A stretch of 64,000 nt of DNA from the human T2T-CHM13v2.0 reference genome, Homo sapiens. Every line of letters begins with the position of its first letter. The first letter of the stretch is position 1. Made by a program: the position numbers and the translations under genes. The stretch lies in NCBI RefSeq assembly GCF_009914755.1, contig NC_060945.1, one strand, 5' to 3'. The notes below the pieces were generated by a model. It saw nothing but the letters and a program-made list of their open reading frames with translations, did no database searches and was not told the origin of the DNA. Of this stretch, positions 47,562 through 64,000 are shown piece after piece.

Positions 47562-49733
47562 CTGCCAAAGAGAATATTAAAGTACATAATAGACACTTTA
47601 AAAAAGTTGTAATTCTCAAGAGTCGGTCACAAAGCCAACATGTTTTTTAAATTTAAATTTTATAAAGTAATATGTGTACATAAGAGACAAATAGTTCCAC
47701 AAGGCTTACAGTGAAAAACTGCAGTCCTCTATCCCACCATCCCAACCCTGGGGTCTCACTCTCCAAAAAGAAATGCTTTGAGCACTTGAGCTGTCTTCTG
47801 GTACTTACCTCCTCATTGCTACAAAACATGCTCATATTACTATTTCCTCATTTTTTTCCATTACAGACATTTTCTCTAGGCTTCCTAATATGGAGATAAG
47901 GAATTAACCTCCTCCTATCCTCTTCTATACTTACATTGCAATTTCTCATTATAGCAGCAGGTTTTAGAAATAATTGTACCTACATAAACAATTTTGCAAC
48001 TGAGGATCTTAGTACATTATTATTATATATTTTCTTGTACAACTTTTTTTTTTCTGGAATAATTACATCTTTTTGTCTGTTCACTTGGTTTCCCAGGAAT
48101 CCACCAATACCAGAGCCTCAAATTCTCTGATAGGACTCTATTATGCCTCTCAGTATCATTATGTACATGGAGTGCTATTTTTCATTGAGTGTTTTTTTTT
48201 TTCTTTTTGAGAAAGCATTTCCCTCTGTCACCCAGGCTGGAGTGCAACGGCATGATCACAGATCACTAGCCTCAATCTGCTGAGCTCACTTCAGCCCTGC
48301 AAGTAGCTGGGACTATAGGCACACACCACCACACCTGGCTAATTTTTAATTTTTTTGTAGAAATGGGGTCTTGAGATGTTGGCCAGATGTTTTTTTTTTT
48401 TTAAATGATTTGTTCTCTATTATTTTCTCTTTCTGGAACTTCTAATAGTTTGAATTTTTAACGATTATACTTTCTTATATTTTCATTTTTTTTTGTTCTA
48501 ACTTCTAGAGATTACCTTTGTTTTATTTTCCAGTCTTTCAATTAAAATTTTAATTTTGGTTATCATGTTTACAATTTCCAAATACAGTAATTTCCTGTTT
48601 GCATAGCATTCTGTTCTTGTTTCATAGTTATAATTGTTTCTTACCTCTGAGAATTTTATGTTATTTAAATTTTTTTTTCTGTTTCCTGCATTATCTCTAT
48701 TTCCTTCAAATTCCCTTTAATTTTCTGCTTTTTCATTTCATGCTAGAGGCTTTCTTTTAATGTCTGGTAACTTAGAGTAGTCCATTCATATTTAAAAATG
48801 AAGTGCTAACAAGTGAGTTGGAAGCACTATGTGTATGTGGGCAGGGATGGTCAACTGGTGAGCCTCACTCTGAGAGACTTGGCCACTTCACTGGGGTCCT
48901 CTAAATGTCAGAAATTATAGATCCTTTCTCTCGGGCTGGTCAGCTTCCTCAGGAAAGAACTATCTATCTTTTTCTGTGAGCAGTAGGGTGATATAAGCCT
49001 CGAAGCCCCAAGAGGGAAGATGGAGCAGGAGGTAAACCTTCTCATTAAGCCATGTAGATTTTCACTTACTTCCCTGTTTTCAGTAAGATGCCGCATTCCC
49101 ACACTCAGACTTAGTGGCCCCCATGCTAGAGACTCTTACTTAACCTTGCCAGAGAGTAAAACTCCTGTTTTCTGCAGGGGAGGGCAGGGCAGGCCTCCCA
49201 GCTTTGAGGGCTGAGGGAGATTTGAAGGCTGAAGACTTCATATGGTCTTTAAACATGTTTTCAGTTCAACCCAGAATTAAAGAGCTACCTGGTACCCCAA
49301 TGTCTGAGCTATTCTGGAGTTCTAAGGCACAAATATTCTTGCTGGCTTCCCTACTTCAGCAACGTGAAAATCACAGAAACAAAGGCAGTTACCTCTCACC
49401 TATCACAATCCACTTTCCAAAATGTGGTTGATATCTCTTTTCTGCTATACTATTGTTTCTGTGGTTTGTATCTTCAGTTTTTTTTTTTTTTCCTGTAGGG
49501 TCATTTTAACAAGATTTTTGGAGGAAATGGATGGAGATAAACATGTGTGTTCATGCTACCATCTTTAATTAGAGATGTATCAATAGCGATCTTTAAAAAG
49601 CTTTCAATTTCTATATGGCTATTCATGAATTTTAAGAGAACAAATATTTAAGATTTGGGTAGGTTTAAGAAATGATATGACTCCTCAAAACAGCATTAAT
49701 TATATCCTCATTTAAGAAATATATTAAACTTAC

Positions 49734-49806
49734 TTTTGAGGCCAATAGGTTAAACCTAAAGAGTTTAGCCAAGATTCAGGAATAAAGGCCCACACGAGGT
49801 AAAGTA
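49734..49806 (-). CDS. PIGP: PIGP coding exon ([25 protein letters not shown])
   Basis: 73 nt. Long polypyrimidine tract plus tacag acceptor, AAA|gtaagt donor. Phases fit the flanking exons. Confidence 0.97.
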
Positions 49807-50834
49807 CTGTAGAAAAGAAAAAGAAAAAAAAGAGGAAGAGAAGTCAGTAAGACATACATCTAATCTATCAATCTATTAAGATTCAGATAAAACAGAAAAG
49901 CTCTTTTGAAGTGTCCCTGATTAACTCAGAAATGATTTTTTCCTCCTTTCAGTTCTTCTAGCTCGTTTGCACAATTCTTATAATACTTATAATTACTGTA
50001 TTAGTCTTTTTTTTTAACATCTTAACTCACATTATATTTTAAGCAATTCAAGGATACAAATCATGGCTTAGCAATTGTTGTAATCCTTATTACCTAGCAG
50101 TTTGCTTTAGGTACAGTAAGTGTTCAATACTTCATCCCCACAAGGTTGAAGTAATTATAGACATTTAATTGCTCAAAGGGAAATTTACCTACCCTAGTTC
50201 TCATCCACCACATACTGAGCTTCTGCCCTATCTCCCAGAGTACAATGTTATTTCCCTCAATCCCAAATCTCGGCACTCTTTACTGTTATCCCACGATAAC
50301 AACAATGGCTAAGTTCTGAGCACTCACTGTGGGTTAAGCACAGTTCCAAGCATTCTGTATGCACTAAGATAATCCTCCAAGACAATCCTCCAAGGCAAGT
50401 ATGCAATTTTAAATGATGAGGAAATGGAAGCTTAGAAAGGATACATCACCTACCCAAGGTAAGCGGCAAAGATAAATTTTAACTACCTACTACATCAGTG
50501 ATGATGCATTCTTTTCTTAACAAATATGTATTACAGAATTCTGTATGTCAGGTGTGTGAGACACAATATTGAATCCAAAAGAGATGGCTTCTGCCCTCCC
50601 TAAACTTAAAATCTAGTGGTGAATAGAGAAAATTGGTATTTTCACTACATTGTTACAAGTGCTCACGAATGAGTAATAAAAGATGACATAGAAGCACATT
50701 AGAAGGCCCTCCTTCCACTTCGTATCCTCCTTCCCTTTGCTTAATTTCTCCCCATAGTACGTTATCACCTGATACTATATACGTTTTTCTTATTTAACTT
50801 GCCCATTGACTATCTCCCCCCGGCATGAGAATGA

Positions 50835-51241
<407 letters not shown>

Positions 51242-52615
51242 AGAATTTAAGCCTTAAAGTGATTGCTTTTATTTATTCATATAGCTTCTAATCCTTGACA
51301 TACTCTTTGAACAAGGATTTACAAAAGTGCTAACAATAACATCAGTAGCTAACACTTATTAAGTCCCTAACTGTTCCTAGGCATTATTTTACGTGCTTTA
51401 CATAAATTACCCCCGTTAATCCTCACAACAGTCAGAAGAGGCAGCAGAGTGAAGTCAGCCAGTGTATTTGGGTTCAAATTTAGAAGGCTTTTATTTAGTA
51501 GCTTTGCAATCTTGAGCAAGTTACTGAAACCACAGGATGCTCATCTTTAAAGGACGGTAATAACAGAACCTACCCCATAGAACTGTTTCATGCGTCATAA
51601 GCATTTAATAACCATCATTATCACTACCCTTTTACAGATAAGGAACCTGAGGCTCAAAAAATTTGCTGAGGGTCCCAGCTCACATGGCTAATCTGTGGAG
51701 GAGTCAGAATTCGAACTCAGTTGTAACTTCTTCACTTCACTTCAGTTTTAATAGCCTGGCCATTACATTCATCTGCAAGCTGTGCTGATGGTGCAGGCTG
51801 ATATATTTTAGTTAGGGTTCAGAAGTACTACCACTCCTCCACTTTCCTGGTTTCCAAACAGTTGCAGAACGTTGGATCACGGGCACTCAATTTTCTCCCT
51901 TTTGTGTGCCTCAAAATTCTCAAATCATTTTGGGGAGAGACTTGGGACTTGCTGTGTGAGTGGGCATATTAGTGTCTTAGTGAGCATCAGTCTCCTTATC
52001 TGTAAAATGGAATGTTATGGGGTTAAATTAAGGGAGATCCAGGACGCAAACGACACACCTTTCAACCCGACTTCTCTGGCCTACTTCTCCTGTTCCCCAG
52101 ATCCCGCAGGGCACACTGGTGACATCACAAGCTCCTCGGGTCCAAACCCTCTCACGCCCTCATTCAAGGCCTTTCCACTTCTTCCCTCCCTCTTACTCTT
52201 TCCTAATCAGCATCAGTGCCAGGGGGAAAGGCCTCTGTAGAAAGCCTTGACTTTCCAGTCTGGTTTCAATGTCTCTCCACCGTGCTCCCTGACACTCATC
52301 ACACTGAGCATTAACTGTAGATTTACCCATCTGTCTCCTCCACAAGACCACGACCTCCTTAAGGGCAGGGACCAGGCTTTATCCACTTTGCCATCGCGTC
52401 TGGTGCTGTATAAATATTTGTAGAGACTAAAACCTCCTAGGCTAGTGCTGGCACACGGAACACTCAGCAAACACGAGATCCCTTCAGATTTTCTTAAAAA
52501 GAGACATAGGGAGAAAGAATCAACAGTTCATGTGTGCACAGTCTAACCAATGTATTCTTCCCTTGTCACTGAACGCCAGAAAAAGCCCCTGGCCATCCAT
52601 CAGGAAAGTACTTAC

Positions 52616-52769
52616 TGAAGCCAAATTGGGAGCTTAAGAAAAGAACAAAGCCATAAATCGCTCTTTCTGGCAATGGCGACGGTGAATTTTCCACCATTTT
52701 TCCTGGGGCTTTAGACAATCTGTGGAAAAGGAACACAATCAGCGTCAGCGATGTGCTCCGTGGCACCAT
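52616..52769 (-). CDS. PIGP: PIGP first coding exon ([51 protein letters not shown]); GPI-GlcNAc transferase subunit P
   Basis: Translation matches the human PIG-P N-terminus. ATG at 52769 (158-aa form) and in-frame ATG at 52697 (134-aa form, context aaaATGg). Donor TCA|gtaagt at 52615. An internal acceptor (ttccttttccacag|) opens an exon at 52719. Confidence 0.97.
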
Positions 52770-53181
52770 TGGTCCATTCTCGCCTCCTCGCTCCGCCGCG
52801 GGTACGGCCCCCGCCGCGCAGAACCGCCTCCCGCGCCTCCGTCCGCAACCCGCGCCCCCGCCTCGAGCGCATACAGGCACCCAGGCTGGCGCGCGCCCCG
52901 CAACAGAAGGGGTGGCGGAGGATAGGGCAGGGAGGGGGGTTCTGGGGCGACAGACGCGCGCTCCAGCTCTGCAAGCATGGCCTCCCTGTGGGAGGGGAGG
53001 GCAGGGAACAAGGCTCGCGCGGCGCCCACCAGCATGCGGGCCTACTAGGTCGCGGCGCCCAGGCCCCGGGCCCTGCCCATTCGTGGAGACTTCTATTTCT
53101 CATTCGAGGCGGGGTATGGGGGGGCCCTCGACCTCGGGTCCTTCATACGCCCACCCAGGCCCCTCCCGACACCTCGGCCAC

Positions 53182-53705
<524 letters not shown>

Positions 53706-53708
53706 CTA

Positions 53709-54011
<303 letters not shown>

Positions 54012-55029
54012 TTACTGCCCCTGTCTGTGGGCTGCGCGTCCCCTAGCGCGCGTGGCCGCGCCTTCTGCAATTGCGACCCCCGCCTAGAGCCTTGCTCGCG
54101 CAAGTGTGCGTCCTTGCGTGTCTCCGAGTGACGCAGAGTGTCTGCGCATGGGTCCTGTTGAGTGCGTGATCTCTTGTGTGCGGATTTAATTCTGTCGAGT
54201 GGGTGTCTCTTGTGTGCAGGTTTCGTTGGTGAGCGTGAACGTTCGTGCACACCCCTTGCTGTGTGTGCGTGTCACGACTCTGTTGCCACCTGTTTTCGTG
54301 TGAACTGGCAGTCCAGTCCAGGGCCTGTCCCCACGGAACGGACCCAGGAGGGGGGTAACCTCGCCGCTCCCCTCGCCCCCGCGCCTCTTTCTGAGCATTC
54401 TCTCCCACAGACGCTAATGGGAAGGGGGGTGGACAGGATCGAGTCTGGCCAGCTGCTCCGCAGTGTCGACGCTGCCAGTGTGGCCTCTTCAGCCAGCCTG
54501 TTCAGGGGACAGAATAGGGGGATCAAAGATAAAAAATGAAGCCGAGACGTAGGTGAATTTGGGCTGGTACCAGTGCGCCGTGCCTTTTCCAGTGGCGCCC
54601 TGGACGCCAAAACCCCCTCAGTTGCAGAGACCTTTCAAAATATATGCACTCTCCTACTGGGCGATGCGGTCCTTAGGCGTTCTTGATGATATTTAATGGT
54701 TTATAGAGTATTTTATGGCATTCACCTAAATCTCTTTCCATTTTGCCCAAGATCCTGGCGAGGGAAACAAGGTAGAAATTTTACAGATTTTACTCCTCCG
54801 GAGGGAGCCTTTTCCTTATAACTACGACTCTAGTTAGGACATTTTTTTGTTGCAAGAAATTTGCGATTTATCCTAAGGAAAATGGGATATAGTATAAGGA
54901 TACCTAGGGTAAGAAACTTCAAACCCATTAGAGACCCAGCTACTGCTCCGTTTGCTCAAGGTTTCGTGCTCTGCGCTCAAGGGCTGCGTTTTGGTGTCTT
55001 TGTTCTGCCCAATTTTCTCATTGTCTAAT

Positions 55030-62480
<7,451 letters not shown>

Positions 62481-64000
62481 TTGAGGAGGGGGATGTCTAA
62501 ATTTATTGCTTTTTTGTTTTTTTTTCTGTTGTCTCTCCTCAATGTAGCTGTCACCTCATGTGTTTGGTGATCATTGATTATGAACTTCTGTTTGATCTTT
62601 GTGGTGATCTTGAGAGTCTAATTTGAGGATGCTTGCTTTCTGAAAGCATTTCTATCAGCTTTGTCTGGGAGCCAGAAAGTTTAGCTGGCATCACTTTTGA
62701 GTTCCTACATTTTGCTTCTGGCCCAGGGCTCAGTGTCCTGATCCTATTACTGCTCTTGGCACCACTACTTGTAGCACTAAACTGTAGCCAGGTTTAATTT
62801 CTAGCTCAAGGTTTGTTGCTTTTGCGTGGAGAGGGTGCCTTCACATGTTCCCCTATTTCTATGAGCTCAGCAAAAACATCCAAAAAGTGTTTTTTTTTTT
62901 AATCTAGGATATACCTTTTTCCTCCCAACAGTACATTCCCCCAGAGTGTATAGTTGACCATAACTGATGGGATCAGAAGCTCTTTATTTTAATATTTAAT
63001 TTTAGTAGTATATTTTTGTTTGATTGTGTTATAAAAAATTTTATGGTACCAAGCAAGCTTTCTTGGTGATACCAACATTTCCATTAAAACTAGTTTACAT
63101 CTAAGTTAAGATTTGAGTTATCCTAAAGAAAAGTATTAAGTAAATAGCAGTACAGATGGCAAATGGATTGCACAATATATCCTCTGGATCCATAGTGAAC
63201 CTGCAGAGATAAACCTGTGATGGTCAAACAATGTGAAAACTGCTGTCAGAGACATGGGCAGGGTGCTCTTGTTTACAGAGAAGAGGTGCAAAAATCAACT
63301 TGATGGTAGTGGGAAGATCAGGAAATGCTTCCTGAAATTGAGTATTAAGAACTAATAGACATTAGGTGGTTGCAGAATAAGTTTTGTTTAGGAAGGACAA
63401 GCAGTTGGGTATGACTGGCTTCTAGGTTGTGTGTTGTGGAGTGACTGGGGATAAAAGCAGGAGCAAGATCACAAAAGGTCTTCTATGCTTATATTAGGGA
63501 AGTTGGACTTTATTCTCAAGCTGAAGGGAAGCTGTTGCATGGTTTTAAGCAGTAAAGTGATATGATCAGAGTTTTAGAGGATGCCAAGATTGAAGGCAAG
63601 TCTGACCAGTTAGGAGACTGCTTGTTAAATTAGTTCAGAGGAGAAACAGTGAAGGCAGTGGCACTGGGCATGAAGAAGTATATGTGTGCTAATTTTAGAT
63701 TTCTTAGGGAAGCAGAAATGACAAGAGTTAGTGGTCCATTGGACAGAAATATTGAAGGAGACTGGGGAGTCTAGGTTGACTCCCAGGGTTTAGGTTTGGG
63801 CAGTAAAATGGCATGTAGAACAATTAACTGATAAACAGCATACAGAAAGAGGAAAGAACTTCATTTCATATGTGTGTTTTTGAGGAAAAGATGTTTGTTT
63901 TTGAACTTCCTGATTCAGAGGGGCTTGTGGGACATCTTGGTTAAGATCCTGTAGTAGTTCTAGTAGGGTCTAGAAGTCAAGAGATACAACCCCGCCTGGA

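Noticed and set aside
52770-52880. 37-aa N-terminal extension of PIGP shown in the ORF track
   Set aside because: It starts at a GTG and is followed by out-of-frame ATGs. It has no support beyond an open frame in a CpG island.

Overview
Primate, almost certainly human, genomic DNA. It matches the chromosome 21q22.13 Down-syndrome-region locus around the PIGP/TTC3 head-to-head promoter. The only protein-coding gene fully supported by the sequence is PIGP (minus strand). Four GT-AG coding exons (52769-52616, 49806-49734, 47561-47443, 45903-45773) total 477 nt, which is 158 aa plus TGA; a second in-frame ATG gives a 134-aa form. A CpG island at about 52.7-54.6 kb holds a bidirectional promoter and a plus-strand non-coding first exon carrying a (GGC)7(TGC)6 repeat. 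I assign that exon to TTC3 from known synteny, and the rest of the window would be its first intron. The first ~45 kb is repeat-dense intergenic sequence. It holds more than 40 Alus, a near full-length but dead L1PB, nested L1s, THE1/MST/MLT1/MLT2A LTRs, a hAT-Charlie transposase fossil, a MADE2 MITE and a retroposed U6 pseudogene. Almost all ORFs in the supplied track are Alu, L1, low-complexity or CpG-island artefacts. I see no support for a wholly new multi-gene system. The best leads are regulatory or translational: a GUG-initiated poly-Ala frame across the TTC3 5' repeat, uORFs over the long-isoform PIGP start codon, an LTR-supplied poly(A) signal downstream of PIGP, a CCAAT-bearing 18-bp tandem repeat, and a DUX4-type MLT2A LTR. 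Repeat subfamily names and boundaries are by eye and approximate.
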